A stretch of 64,000 bases of DNA from contig JAFGRL010000103.1 of assembly GCA_016935195.1 (NCBI GenBank), positions 3,519 to 67,518 on the forward strand, read 5' to 3'. Source of the stretch: Sedimentisphaerales bacterium. GTDB lineage: Bacteria > Planctomycetota > Phycisphaerae > Sedimentisphaerales > Anaerobacaceae. The position numbers and the translations under genes were made by a program. Every line of letters starts with the position of its first letter. Positions within the stretch are counted from its first letter, which is position 1. This document shows, in pieces, positions 53,687-63,938 of the stretch. The notes below the pieces were generated by a model, which saw only the letters and a program-made list of their open reading frames with translations, was not told the origin of the DNA and made no database searches.

Positions 53687-55381
53687 TTGATATTAAGCGC
53701 TGAGATTGTAATCCTTATTTTGACCGCCCTGGCTTATCATTCTGTTGTTCATAACAAATTCATCAGCCTGGATGATCCCGAGTACATCACTTCCAACACA
53801 CAGGTCCAAAATGGCCTTACACAAAAGGGAGTTGTCTGGGCTTTTACAACCACACGGGCTTGTAACTGGCACCCATTAACATGGTTGTCGCATATGACGG
53901 ACTGTCAACTTTTCGGGCTTTGGCCAGTTGGCCACCACCTGATGGGCCTTTTGCTGCATTTGGTCAATGTTATCCTTTTGTTTCTGGTTCTCAATCAAAT
54001 GACCGGCAACGATTGGTGCAGTGTTTTCGTTGCGGGACTATTTGCATTGCACCCTTTGCACGCAGAGTCCGTAGCCTGGGCAGCAGAACGCAAAGATGTG
54101 CTCAGCACTCTATTCGGCTTTTTAAGTATTCTCTTTTACATCCGTTATGTACGTTTTGCACGTTTTCGTTGGTATATACCTGCACTAATATCTTTTGTTT
54201 TTAGCCTTATGGCCAAGCCGATGCTGGTTACTCTTCCTTTGCTGCTTATTATTCTTCACTTCTGGCCTTTAAGCCGATTTCAACTTGACGGCGGCCGCGG
54301 TTCTTTTGCCAAGCGGTTACTTACGGCATCTAAGGATAAGATAGCGTTTTTCATATTAGCAGCGATGTCCTGTGTAATTACGATGTTCGCCCAGCAAGGC
54401 GGCGGAGCGGTCAAGGGCCTTTATATGCTGCCGTTGAAATATCGCCTTGGCAACACGTCTATCTCTTACATCAGCTACATTGTTAAGGCATTCCTGCCAA
54501 TAAGATTGGCGGTATTTTATCCACACCCCGGAGACAGTATTTCCTGGATTAAAGTAGCTGCCAGCTGCCTGTTGCTGCTGATTATAACTGTTTGCGTAAT
54601 CGCCCAGGCTAAGCGCAGGCCCTGGTTTCTCGCCGGATGGCTCTGGTATATCATAAGCCTCATTCCGGTCATCGGGTTTGTCCAGGTTGGTGCACAGGCA
54701 ATGGCAGACCGCTATACGTATGTGCCGGTAATAGGTCTATTCATTATTGTTGCCTGGACCGTCCCTGAACTTTTGTGCCGCTGGCAATATCGAACCGGTG
54801 TCCTTGCTGTTTCTGCTGCTGCTGTGATACTGGCACTTGCGTTAATCACGGCAAGACAAGTTACATATTGGCGCGACAGCTCTACCTTATTTGAGCATGC
54901 CATAAACGTTACGGACAATAACTATTTTGCAAACTTTCATCTGGCACAGATTCTTTCCGACAAAGGTCAAACAAAAAAGGCCTCAGAACATTATAGCAAG
55001 ACGGTGAAGATAAGGCCCGGCTGGCCCGAGGCACATCACAACCTGGCGGCAGAATTATTTAAATTGGGGCAAATTCAAGGGGCAGTCTACCATTACAAAA
55101 AAGCCGGCCGACTTAATCCTGATAGAGCTCAGACTTTTAATAATCTTGGTATCGCATTGGAGGTGCAGAAAAGATATGGACAGGCAGCCGAGTGCTACAT
55201 CCAGGCAACAAAATTGTCACCAAATTATGTCAAAGCCCATTATAATCTTGCACATGTCCTAAACCTGCAGGGAAGAACAGAACAGGCAATCGTCCAATAC
55301 CGTAAAGTTCTGCAAATGCAGCCAAACCACCGAATAGCTCGTCAAGAACTTCAGATGCTATTGAACAGACAGGAAGAATAA
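53687..55381 (+). CDS. TMTC-like polytopic membrane protein with C-terminal TPR repeats (DUF1736/PMT_2-like glycosyltransferase candidate)
   Basis: NWHPLTWLSH...GHHLMGLLLHLVNVILLF...LFALHPLHAESVAWAAERKDVL is the typical TMTC/DUF1736 pattern. Four or five TPRs follow (AHHNLAAELFKLGQ, TFNNLGIAL, AHYNLAHVL). The start is TTG, and a CTG at 53660 is an alternative. Confidence 0.7.
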   Translation: MILSAEIVILILTALAYHSVVHNKFISLDDPEYITSNTQVQNGLTQKGVVWAFTTTRACNWHPLTWLSHMTDCQLFGLWPVGHHLMGLLLHLVNVILLFLVLNQMTGNDWCSVFVAGLFALHPLHAESVAWAAERKDVLSTLFGFLSILFYIRYVRFARFRWYIPALISFVFSLMAKPMLVTLPLLLIILHFWPLSRFQLDGGRGSFAKRLLTASKDKIAFFILAAMSCVITMFAQQGGGAVKGLYMLPLKYRLGNTSISYISYIVKAFLPIRLAVFYPHPGDSISWIKVAASCLLLLIITVCVIAQAKRRPWFLAGWLWYIISLIPVIGFVQVGAQAMADRYTYVPVIGLFIIVAWTVPELLCRWQYRTGVLAVSAAAVILALALITARQVTYWRDSSTLFEHAINVTDNNYFANFHLAQILSDKGQTKKASEHYSKTVKIRPGWPEAHHNLAAELFKLGQIQGAVYHYKKAGRLNPDRAQTFNNLGIALEVQKRYGQAAECYIQATKLSPNYVKAHYNLAHVLNLQGRTEQAIVQYRKVLQMQPNHRIARQELQMLLNRQEE

Positions 55382-55730
55382 ACTAAATGCTTTACCGTGT
55401 TTTGCAAGTATATAGAAACAGGTCGCACAGTGGGTTGCACTGACAAGGATTGAATGTCCAAAGCCATCAAAAATTTTGGCAGATTAACAAGAAACGTCTT
55501 GACCGTTACTCTCACGGCAGATAAAAATACAATCCAATGATATCCCTCCTTTAAGAAAAAAGGCAGATGAGTTCTGCAAAATTGAAGTTAGGTATAAATT
55601 TTGTCAGGGAATTTTTTGGGCAGATTTTGCCGGTCTTAAAAAGGTTGCTTTTTTATATTTTCTCATGGCATTGATATTGTATCCGGTTTCTGGTAACCAT
55701 TTATATCACTATTAATCTTAGGAGATAACA

Positions 55731-56405
55731 ATGAAAGTTTTAGAGAAGTTTTTTGCTCCATCTCCAATCATTCAACTGCACGAACATTCCAAAAAGGTGC
55801 ACGATTGTGTTGAACTTTTGCGGCCGCTTGCCAATGCGTTATTAGATGGAGACTATGAAGAAATCGAAAAGCTGCATAAGCAGGTATCGAAGGCCGAACA
55901 TAAGGCGGACCAGATTAAAACAGAGCTTCGTGACTGTATGACGAAAACATATTTTCTATCTGTAGGCCGAATGGAGTTAAGTCGATTTTTAGGCTATCAG
56001 GATGATGTTGCCGATGCTGCAGAAGATTTTGCCGTGCTGCTTCTGCTTCGAAAAACCCGATTTCCGGAAGAACTAAAGGACGAATTTATAAAACTCGTCG
56101 ACCAGGTGATAACTGTCTGTGAACATCTATTGGCTGTGGCAGAGAAGCTCTCAGTGCTGGCAAAGGCAGCTTTTACAGGAGGAAAAACCGCAGAGGTTCT
56201 TGAAGCAATCGAAAAGATAGGCCAGGAAGAATGGCAGGCCGATCTCATCGAAATGGACTTCGCTCGGCATTTTTATGGAATGGAAGATAAGCTCGACCCA
56301 ATCACCATTTTTTTTCTCGATAAGTATTGTAAAACCCTCAGCAGGGTGTCAAACAACGCTGAGAAAGCGGCCAAGTATCTTCGACTGATTATTCGCAAAA
56401 AATAA
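55731..56405 (+). CDS. DUF47/TIGR00153 PhoU-like protein (Pit accessory)
   Basis: A 224-aa helical protein directly upstream of pitA, which is the conserved pairing. A strong RBS aggag precedes it. Confidence 0.8.
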   Translation: MKVLEKFFAPSPIIQLHEHSKKVHDCVELLRPLANALLDGDYEEIEKLHKQVSKAEHKADQIKTELRDCMTKTYFLSVGRMELSRFLGYQDDVADAAEDFAVLLLLRKTRFPEELKDEFIKLVDQVITVCEHLLAVAEKLSVLAKAAFTGGKTAEVLEAIEKIGQEEWQADLIEMDFARHFYGMEDKLDPITIFFLDKYCKTLSRVSNNAEKAAKYLRLIIRKK

Positions 56406-56437
56406 TATATGCTCTCAGCATAAGAAATCCTGTATCT

Positions 56438-57682
56438 ATGGAAGCACTTGTTATCACAGCCATTGTAGTTGCTGCCTATATGGCCTGGAATATAGGTGCC
56501 AATGACGTGGCCAACTCAATGGCTGATGCGGTTGGCTCAAAAGCCCTGACTATCTTCTGGGCTGTGGTCCTTGCCGGAGTGTGCAATTTTTTGGGGGCTG
56601 TGCTTGTCGGCAGTCACGTTACAGAGACTGTCCGCAAAGGGATAATAGATACCCAGGCCTTTACCCATGACCCGCATATACTTGCCTACGGTATGATCTG
56701 TGCGATGCTGGCTGCGGCTGTGTGGCTGAACCTGGCTTCCTATTTCGGCATGCCGGTTTCTACCACACACTCCATTGTCGGTGCTATCGTAGGCTTCGGA
56801 ATACTAAAAGCCGGTTTCGGGCACATTTACTGGTGGAAACTGGCCCAGATTGTAGCCAGTTGGTTCATCTCACCATTAGCAGGCGGCGTACTGGCTTACA
56901 TTATATTCAGGCTGATATCGCGCCACATACTGTCAGTAGAAAAACCTGCGGCGGCAGCGCGGAAAGGCGTGCCAATCTGTGTCTTTTTCACCTTTACTGT
57001 GATGACTTTGGCAATCATTTACAAGGGCCTGAAAAATATTCATCTGGATTTGGGAAGCTGCACATCTGTTGTTCTAAGTATTGGGGTTGGGTCTGTAGCT
57101 GCCTGGGTTTCAAATTTACTTATCAAAAAAAACCGTAGTCGCAGCAGTGAATTACCTGTCGAACAACAGCTCGCCAAGGTTGAGAAAATCTTTGCCGTGC
57201 TGGTAATTATCACCTCGTGTACAGTTGCTTTTGCGCACGGTGCCAATGATGTAGCCAATGCGGTCGGGCCCTTGGCGACAGTTGCTGAAATAGTCAGGAC
57301 CAACTCTGTGCCTGGGAAAATAGCAGTAGATATACGCTTTTTAGTCCTTGGCGGCATCGGTATCGCTATTGGCCTGGCTACGTTCGGATACAGAGTAATG
57401 CGCGTGGTTGGGACAAAGGTTACCGAGATTACGCCGTCGCGTGGAGTTGCCGCTGACCTGGCTGGTATGGTAACCGTATTGGCATGCTCGAAGATGGGCC
57501 TGCCAATATCTACCACTCACACACTTGTTGGGGCGATAATTGGCGTGGGGCTTGCTCGTGGTATCACCGGTATTGACCGAAAGGTAGTTGGCTCTATCTT
57601 TATCTCATGGATGGTAACCGTTCCAATAACGGCAGCGCTGACGATCGTGTTTTACCTGCTGGCGATGTGGTTATTGATATAA
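56438..57682 (+). CDS. pitA: Inorganic phosphate transporter, PiT (PHO4) family
   Basis: The duplicated GANDVAN signature (GANDVANSM, GANDVANAVGP) is present and the protein is polytopic. Confidence 0.9.
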   Translation: MEALVITAIVVAAYMAWNIGANDVANSMADAVGSKALTIFWAVVLAGVCNFLGAVLVGSHVTETVRKGIIDTQAFTHDPHILAYGMICAMLAAAVWLNLASYFGMPVSTTHSIVGAIVGFGILKAGFGHIYWWKLAQIVASWFISPLAGGVLAYIIFRLISRHILSVEKPAAAARKGVPICVFFTFTVMTLAIIYKGLKNIHLDLGSCTSVVLSIGVGSVAAWVSNLLIKKNRSRSSELPVEQQLAKVEKIFAVLVIITSCTVAFAHGANDVANAVGPLATVAEIVRTNSVPGKIAVDIRFLVLGGIGIAIGLATFGYRVMRVVGTKVTEITPSRGVAADLAGMVTVLACSKMGLPISTTHTLVGAIIGVGLARGITGIDRKVVGSIFISWMVTVPITAALTIVFYLLAMWLLI

Positions 57683-57951
57683 AGACTCATTTCCGCACAT
57701 TTAGACATAATCTCAAAGCCCACATCCGGTAATTGTTTAGCCCACGCTTTCTGGATTGCTGAAAACAACTCATCTGGCTGTTGAGCACGACTTTCTGCAG
57801 TTTACGGCCAATATCTAAGGGTTGCTTCTTAGAAAAGTTAACAATTATGCTGGCTTTTTCATAAGTTTTTTGCTATTAAGCTTTTTTCCGGGATTTTTGT
57901 ATGTCGCAGTAAAACTTTAAATAAGGACTTATATAAGGTATATTGTGGGTT

Positions 57952-58728
57952 ATGTTTGCAGTTATAAGTGATATTCATTCTAATCTAGAAGCCCTGACGA
58001 CTGTTCTGAATGATATTGCCGAGCACGGGATAAAAACAATTTACTGCCTTGGCGATGTTGTTGGCTATGGTCCGGACCCCAAAGAATGTCTCGACCTTGT
58101 AATAGAAAAAACCAAGTGGTGTATGTTGGGCAATCACGACTATGCTGTTTTTTACGAGCCTACCAATTTTAACTATGGAGCCGAGCAGGCAAGCTTCTGG
58201 ACGCGGGATGTGCTTGAGACAGAAAGACAAAAGGCCCGTCGGGAAAAACACTGGAGGTTCCTGGGAGAGTTGCCGATGCGCCGCACATTCGAGGTAAATC
58301 TGGGCTCAACCGATGCTGTTATAGATTTTGTGCACGCCTCGCCAAGAAGGCCTGTAAACGAATATATCTTTCCTGATGATGTCTATACCAATCCGGTAAA
58401 GGTTAGTATGCTGTTTGAGCGGGTTAAACATATCTGTTTTGTGGGGCACACGCATCTGCCCGGTGTATTTCTTGATGAGCCGGACTTCTACCTGCCGGAC
58501 GAGCTCGGCGATGTCTACCCCATAGTACAAGATGAAAAGGCTATTATTAACATCGGTTCGGTGGGCCAGCCGCGAGATAAGGATAACCGTGCCAGTTACG
58601 TCTATGTAGAAGAGAATGAAGTGCACTTTGTAAGACTTGAGTATGATTTCGCGACCACCGCAGAGAAAATAAGAGCGATAGAAAGAATTGACAACTTCCA
58701 GGCTGAACGGCTCCGCGAGGGAAAGTAG
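57952..58728 (+). CDS. Metallophosphoesterase (calcineurin-like, YfcE/MJ0936-type)
   Basis: SDIHSN, LGDVVGYGP, GNHD and GHTH motifs occur in order. Confidence 0.8.
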   Translation: MFAVISDIHSNLEALTTVLNDIAEHGIKTIYCLGDVVGYGPDPKECLDLVIEKTKWCMLGNHDYAVFYEPTNFNYGAEQASFWTRDVLETERQKARREKHWRFLGELPMRRTFEVNLGSTDAVIDFVHASPRRPVNEYIFPDDVYTNPVKVSMLFERVKHICFVGHTHLPGVFLDEPDFYLPDELGDVYPIVQDEKAIINIGSVGQPRDKDNRASYVYVEENEVHFVRLEYDFATTAEKIRAIERIDNFQAERLREGK

Positions 58729-58782
58729 GAATATTATGGCTTGCCGAAAAAGCCTGGTTTTAGAAAGGTCCATAAAAACTAA

Positions 58783-60873
58783 ATGAATACGTCAAAAAAT
58801 TTTCTAATTTTTTTTGTTGTAAGTTTTGTGGTATTCTGCGGCTATCTCGTGGTAGAGTCGGGGATTTTCACCAGCCGGCAAACTTCCGAAAAAGCCTGCA
58901 TCCTCCTGCAAAAAACTGCTCCTAAAGCCGTTAACGTTGAAGCAGCAGATGAGCTGCCAAAATTCGTACCGGCAGAACTTATCAATTATCAAGCCTTTGG
59001 CGCAGGTCATAAGACTATCAGACTCGGATCGCTCGATAAAAAAAGCGGCTTCAAGTTCGAGATAGAACTAACTTCAAAAGGTGCCGCAATTAACAAAGCT
59101 ACCTTCAGCGAATTTGATGACCGAAATTATGAAAATCCTCAGCCCTTAACACTTCTTTCAACCGTTCAGCTTCAAAATGGCAAAGAAATTAAGACAATGG
59201 CGAATAAAGAGTTTGTCTTTGTTGACCAGCAGTTGCAATTGCGACTCGATAGGTTGAACTGGAAAAGCCTTGGCATCGAAAAAGATTATCTTGGAACTCA
59301 AACCGCTCGTTTTGAGGCAGTCATCAAAGATATGTCAGCCGCTGAGCCGATTATCAAACTGACCAAAACCTACACTGTAAGTGCCGGCAGTTATCATTTG
59401 GATTGCAGTTTAACCGTAGAAAATCTTAGTAACGTTGAGCAGAAGGTGCAATTCAATCTCACCGGCCCGACAGGAATTGATCGCGAAGCAATCAGAAGTG
59501 ATATGAGAAATGTCATCGGTGGTTTTGTAACTTCAAGCGGTGAAATAGTTTCATCAAGAAAGGATTTACGAAGCTCGTTTTTTAGTAAAAAGGTTGATTT
59601 GAAAAAAAGTTCCTATAACTACGAACAGGCTTTAAGAAGTGGGGACAAGGTCCAAATCAGCAATGCAAAACAAGAGCTACGGATAGGCCGAAACCTGCCG
59701 GCCCAACACGCCGGCGCCAAATTTTTATGGGCTGCGGTGGCAAATAAATATTTTGCGGCCATAGCAAGACCAATGCCTGACAAAGAGCAGGAAAACTGCG
59801 ACTGGATAGCTGATAAGCTTGCATTTTTCTATAATCCTGATGGTGACCAGCCTGGTAACAGCGGCGATGAGACAGTCGGCATAGAGTTTAAGATTGCCCA
59901 GTGCACTATTTCTCCCTCAAGTCAGACCAATAATGCCAAAACATACAACTTTCAATTGTACATAGGGCCTAAGGACAAGGATGTCTTTTATTCAGATGAG
60001 CTTTACAAAAAGCTCGGCTTTATACACACAATAACATTTATGCCCTGCTGTTGCTGCCCGGCCAGCATCATCAGTCCCCTGGCCTTTGCAATTCTGGGAT
60101 TTATGAACTGGCTGTATAGCTTCATCGGCAACTACGGCGTGGCAATTATCATACTGGTGTTTTTGATTCGGATGGTACTGCACCCGCTTACGAAAAAGAG
60201 CCAGGTATCAATGAACAAATTCAGCAAGGTTTTAAGTGCACCCGAAGTTCAGGAAATTAGAAAAAAGTATGCAAAAAATCATATGGAAATGAACAAACGC
60301 ATTTTGGCCTATCAAAAAGAGCAGGGACTGTCCCCAATGACCCCGGTAATGGGTATGCTGCCGATGTTTGTTCAGATGCCTATCTGGATATCTCTATACA
60401 GTGCGATATATGCCAGCATTGCGCTGCGAGGAGCGCCTTTTTTGCCGTTCTGGATTACAGACCTTTCTGCCCCCGATGCCCTTATCAGGTTTTCGGCGAT
60501 TAAGCTGCCTATATTTGGTGCGATAGAATCTTTTAACCTTCTGCCCATTCTTATGGGTATTGCCTTCTATATGCAGCAGAAACTTATGCCGAAGCAGGCT
60601 GCCGAGGCCTCCAATCCGCAGATGGCCCAGCAGCAGAAAATGATGATGATTATGATGCCAATAATGTTCCCGATTTTTTTATACAAGGCACCGTCGGGCC
60701 TGAACCTTTACATTATGGCAAGCACTTTCGCAGGAGTCATCGAGCAATACATTATTAGAAAACATATACACCAGAGGGAAATGACAGAATCAACGGGACT
60801 GGTAGCTACAACGAGCAAAGCAGGCGGCAAGGCCAAAAAGAAAAAACCAAAGCCGTTCTACAAACAGTTTTAA
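58783..60873 (+). CDS. yidC: Membrane protein insertase YidC (long periplasmic domain)
   Basis: N-terminal TM, a ~400-aa P1 domain, then the conserved core (HPLTKKSQVSM..., GCLPMLLQMPI-like MLPMFVQMPIWISLY) and a basic tail. Confidence 0.9.
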   Translation: MNTSKNFLIFFVVSFVVFCGYLVVESGIFTSRQTSEKACILLQKTAPKAVNVEAADELPKFVPAELINYQAFGAGHKTIRLGSLDKKSGFKFEIELTSKGAAINKATFSEFDDRNYENPQPLTLLSTVQLQNGKEIKTMANKEFVFVDQQLQLRLDRLNWKSLGIEKDYLGTQTARFEAVIKDMSAAEPIIKLTKTYTVSAGSYHLDCSLTVENLSNVEQKVQFNLTGPTGIDREAIRSDMRNVIGGFVTSSGEIVSSRKDLRSSFFSKKVDLKKSSYNYEQALRSGDKVQISNAKQELRIGRNLPAQHAGAKFLWAAVANKYFAAIARPMPDKEQENCDWIADKLAFFYNPDGDQPGNSGDETVGIEFKIAQCTISPSSQTNNAKTYNFQLYIGPKDKDVFYSDELYKKLGFIHTITFMPCCCCPASIISPLAFAILGFMNWLYSFIGNYGVAIIILVFLIRMVLHPLTKKSQVSMNKFSKVLSAPEVQEIRKKYAKNHMEMNKRILAYQKEQGLSPMTPVMGMLPMFVQMPIWISLYSAIYASIALRGAPFLPFWITDLSAPDALIRFSAIKLPIFGAIESFNLLPILMGIAFYMQQKLMPKQAAEASNPQMAQQQKMMMIMMPIMFPIFLYKAPSGLNLYIMASTFAGVIEQYIIRKHIHQREMTESTGLVATTSKAGGKAKKKKPKPFYKQF

Positions 60874-60897
60874 CTAACTCAAACTGATAGATGTTTT

Positions 60898-61055
60898 GAG
60901 ATTGCCACGCCCTTTTGGGGCTTGCAATGACCACAAAAGCCCATATGCTGTCATTGCGAGCGAACCTGTCCTAAGCAAAGTCGAAGGAGCGAAGCAATCT
61001 AAGACTCTTACAAACAAGAGATTGCCACGTCGGCCTTCGGCCTCCTCGCAATGAC
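60898..61055. repeat. Three copies (forward, reverse, forward) of the GAGATTGC...GCAATGAC hairpin repeat between yidC and mnmE
   Basis: 60898-60931 reads gagattgccacgcccttttggggcttgcaatgac. 60950-61000 reads gtcattgcgagcgaacctgtcctaagcaaagtcgaaggagcgaagcaatct. 61018-61055 reads gagattgccacgtcggccttcggcctcctcgcaatgac. Confidence 0.8.
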
Positions 61056-61112
61056 GAAAAGGTTTTGTTACAAACTTCTAACTAAAAATAATGCTCTTAT
61101 CCCAAAACAACG

Positions 61113-62531
61113 ATGTACAACGTCAGTGATACCATCGTCGCCGTTAGTTCTCCGGGCTCTGGCCGGAGGGTGATTATCAGAATAAGCGGACCCCAGGCAT
61201 TCAAAGCAACAGGTCAGATATTCGAAGAGGCCATACCACGCAAGGGCAACATCATTGTGCCCGGGTTTATCATCATTGACAAAGACTTAAAAATTGATGC
61301 TGCATTGTATGTATTCCAGGCTCCCAATTCCTACACAGGCGAAGATATTATTGAGATTCATCTTGATTCCAACCAGGCCCTGACAGAAGCCATCCTTGGC
61401 CGGCTTTTAACAAATGGACTTCGCCCTGCTGAGCCTGGTGAATTCACCGCACGGGCCTATCTTCACGGAAAGATAGACCTGACACAGGCTGAGGCTGTCA
61501 ATGAGGTTATTACCTGCTCGGCCCGCCTGCAGCTTTCTGCGGCCCAGCAACTTCTCAAAGGAAAGTTAGCAACGATGACAGACAACATCCGTTTAACTTT
61601 GTTGGATGTACTCGGTGCAATCGAAGTTGAGCTGGATTTCAGCACGGAGGATATCGAACTGGTATCACCAAAAGATTCTATAGAAAGGCTTGAAACTGTA
61701 AAAAAACAATTACAGAAGCTCCTTGCCGGCAGTATAAGTTACGAATCGGTAATTGATTTGCCCGCAGTAGGTATTGCAGGTGCTCCAAATGCCGGCAAGA
61801 GCACTCTTACGAACAAATTGCTCGGCCGGGAAAGGAGTATTGTTGCAGAGCAGCCCAGGACAACAAGAGATGTGTTAACAGGGATTTTAACACTACAGCA
61901 TTGCAGGTGCGTTTTATTCGACTGTGCCGGTTTAATCCCTGAGCCTAAAGGCATTATTGATGAGCTGGCACAGCAGGCAGCAGTTGAGGCACTTAACAAT
62001 GCCGCTATAGTTGTTTTTTGTGTTGACCTATCGAAAAAAACCGCTGACCAATGGACTGTTGATATTAATCTGCGAGAGCTTATTAAGCCCAATGCCGTAA
62101 TAGCCGTTGCCACAAAGTCCGACCTTGTCGCTGATGACTTATTGCCCCGTCGAGTCGAACAGCTAAACGTTCTGTTCAAAAGTGGTGTTTTTGCAATAAG
62201 TGCCCGAACAGATGCCGGGTTGGAAGGTCTTCGCCAAAAGATTGATGCCGGGTTGATTCGGTTTGCAACCGGCAAAGCCTCGGATTCTGCCATGCCGACA
62301 TTTACAGAGGCTTCGAGCAGCCACGTTGCACTTACCGCAAGGCACAAAAGTGCTGTTACCGAAGCAATCGAAAATATCGAACAGGCAATTGGAGAATTAG
62401 AGCAGGACAACGGCGAAATCGCTGCGATGATGCTGCGGGCAGCAATTGGTTCGGTCTCGCTTATTCAACAGCAGCACCTGGATGAGCAGATCCTTGAGCG
62501 GATATTCAGCCGGTTCTGCATCGGAAAGTAA
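61113..62531 (+). CDS. mnmE: tRNA modification GTPase MnmE (TrmE)
   Basis: DTIVAVSSP, G1 GAPNAGKSTL, the TTRD region, and the C-terminal FCIGK motif. Confidence 0.95.
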   Translation: MYNVSDTIVAVSSPGSGRRVIIRISGPQAFKATGQIFEEAIPRKGNIIVPGFIIIDKDLKIDAALYVFQAPNSYTGEDIIEIHLDSNQALTEAILGRLLTNGLRPAEPGEFTARAYLHGKIDLTQAEAVNEVITCSARLQLSAAQQLLKGKLATMTDNIRLTLLDVLGAIEVELDFSTEDIELVSPKDSIERLETVKKQLQKLLAGSISYESVIDLPAVGIAGAPNAGKSTLTNKLLGRERSIVAEQPRTTRDVLTGILTLQHCRCVLFDCAGLIPEPKGIIDELAQQAAVEALNNAAIVVFCVDLSKKTADQWTVDINLRELIKPNAVIAVATKSDLVADDLLPRRVEQLNVLFKSGVFAISARTDAGLEGLRQKIDAGLIRFATGKASDSAMPTFTEASSSHVALTARHKSAVTEAIENIEQAIGELEQDNGEIAAMMLRAAIGSVSLIQQQHLDEQILERIFSRFCIGK

Positions 62532-62831
62532 TTTATATCGTGTAGCCGTACTTTAAGGCAAGGTGTTCTATAAGGCACTTGCTTGTCGCTTAGCTCTGTA
62601 GTCGCCAGCGGCATATATCATTCCGGTATTACTCTTGCCGGCGTCAAACTATGTATCCCCTTTACACAAGGTCTTAAAAAAACAAATCCAGATAGGGTAG
62701 TTAAACTTGGCCTCTTTTCAAAGAAAACAGGTTCAGGAGGGTGGAAAAAACATATCTGGCTAAAGAGCTTTAATAGCCATAAGATATTGAAGGCTTAATT
62801 TTTACTCAGAAATATTTTAAGGGGATTAATA

Positions 62832-63938
62832 ATGCAGAGACAAGTTGCTGGTGTATTGTTGGTATTGTATTCTTTGCTAATACTAACCACTTTTTCCGGA
62901 TGCGAGCTTAAGTATGCTGAAGCAAAGCACCCAAAATGTATCTGTCTAATTCTAATAGATCCCAATTTCAATGATAGTCCCTTTGAAATAATAGAGTTAG
63001 ACAATGACCCCAACAAGAGGTTCATCAAGTGTCGTTCAAGCAAAATTGTCTTAGAAAAACCTTGTCGTGTGAACTACCTGAAAGACTATACAAAAAAAGC
63101 TGTAGTATCAGGTATGTTATCAAATGGTAAAGAATATCCGGTTGTGATAGATAGTGGGTTTCCGGGTGCCGAGATTATTGTGAACGATGTCGTTGCTAAA
63201 GAGAATGACTTGGGGATTGTGTTGAATAAAGCTGTTACAAGTAAACAAAAAACTTTATCTGCTGAAAAGAGACACCAACACAGCTTGTGCTTTCTACCAC
63301 AGTTAAAAATTGGCGAGTTGACTATCGAGAAACCTTGTTGTGCTTATTTACCGTGGCATATGGAAATGCAACTATTCGGACTCACTCTATATCAAGATAA
63401 AGATTTGCTCCTTGGTCTTTCTTTAATGTCACGATTTCGGTATATTCGTTTTGATAATACGAAGAGGCAACTTGAGTTTTCATATGATCAATCTTTCCTT
63501 CCGGAAGAACCAACAGAATGGACCCATTATCCATTCACTTTGCAGGAGATAGGGTCATCGAAAAGCGAAAGGATTATGGTAGATATCCCTATAGCAGAAG
63601 AGATTTGTAATATTGCTTTTGATACCGCAGGAGCAGGGACGGTTTTAATGACTGATACTTGGGAGAAAATTCGAAACAGAGTAATTTCAACAACCCAAAA
63701 TAGTAAGTTTGTATCATTTATGCATGACTCTTTGTCCTGTAGTAAAGCCATCATAAAGACCCTTAGCGTGGGTAATGTTGTGATTAAAAATGCTGAAGTT
63801 ATGATTTTGCCCGAGGATACACCTTACTTAGAAAAAGATATGCGAGGCTACATTAGTATCTGGACTTTTAAGGATACTTCGGTTGTTCTTGATTTTGAGA
63901 GTAGTTTAATGTGGATTAAAAATCAGGAGTCCAAATAG
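62832..63938 (+). CDS. Lipoprotein with two retropepsin-like aspartyl-protease half-domains (tentative)
   Basis: Lipobox LLILTTFSGC. The two candidate catalytic motifs are PVVIDSGFPGAEIIV and IAFDTAGAGTVLM. It lies in a lower-GC segment. Confidence 0.45.
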   Translation: MQRQVAGVLLVLYSLLILTTFSGCELKYAEAKHPKCICLILIDPNFNDSPFEIIELDNDPNKRFIKCRSSKIVLEKPCRVNYLKDYTKKAVVSGMLSNGKEYPVVIDSGFPGAEIIVNDVVAKENDLGIVLNKAVTSKQKTLSAEKRHQHSLCFLPQLKIGELTIEKPCCAYLPWHMEMQLFGLTLYQDKDLLLGLSLMSRFRYIRFDNTKRQLEFSYDQSFLPEEPTEWTHYPFTLQEIGSSKSERIMVDIPIAEEICNIAFDTAGAGTVLMTDTWEKIRNRVISTTQNSKFVSFMHDSLSCSKAIIKTLSVGNVVIKNAEVMILPEDTPYLEKDMRGYISIWTFKDTSVVLDFESSLMWIKNQESK

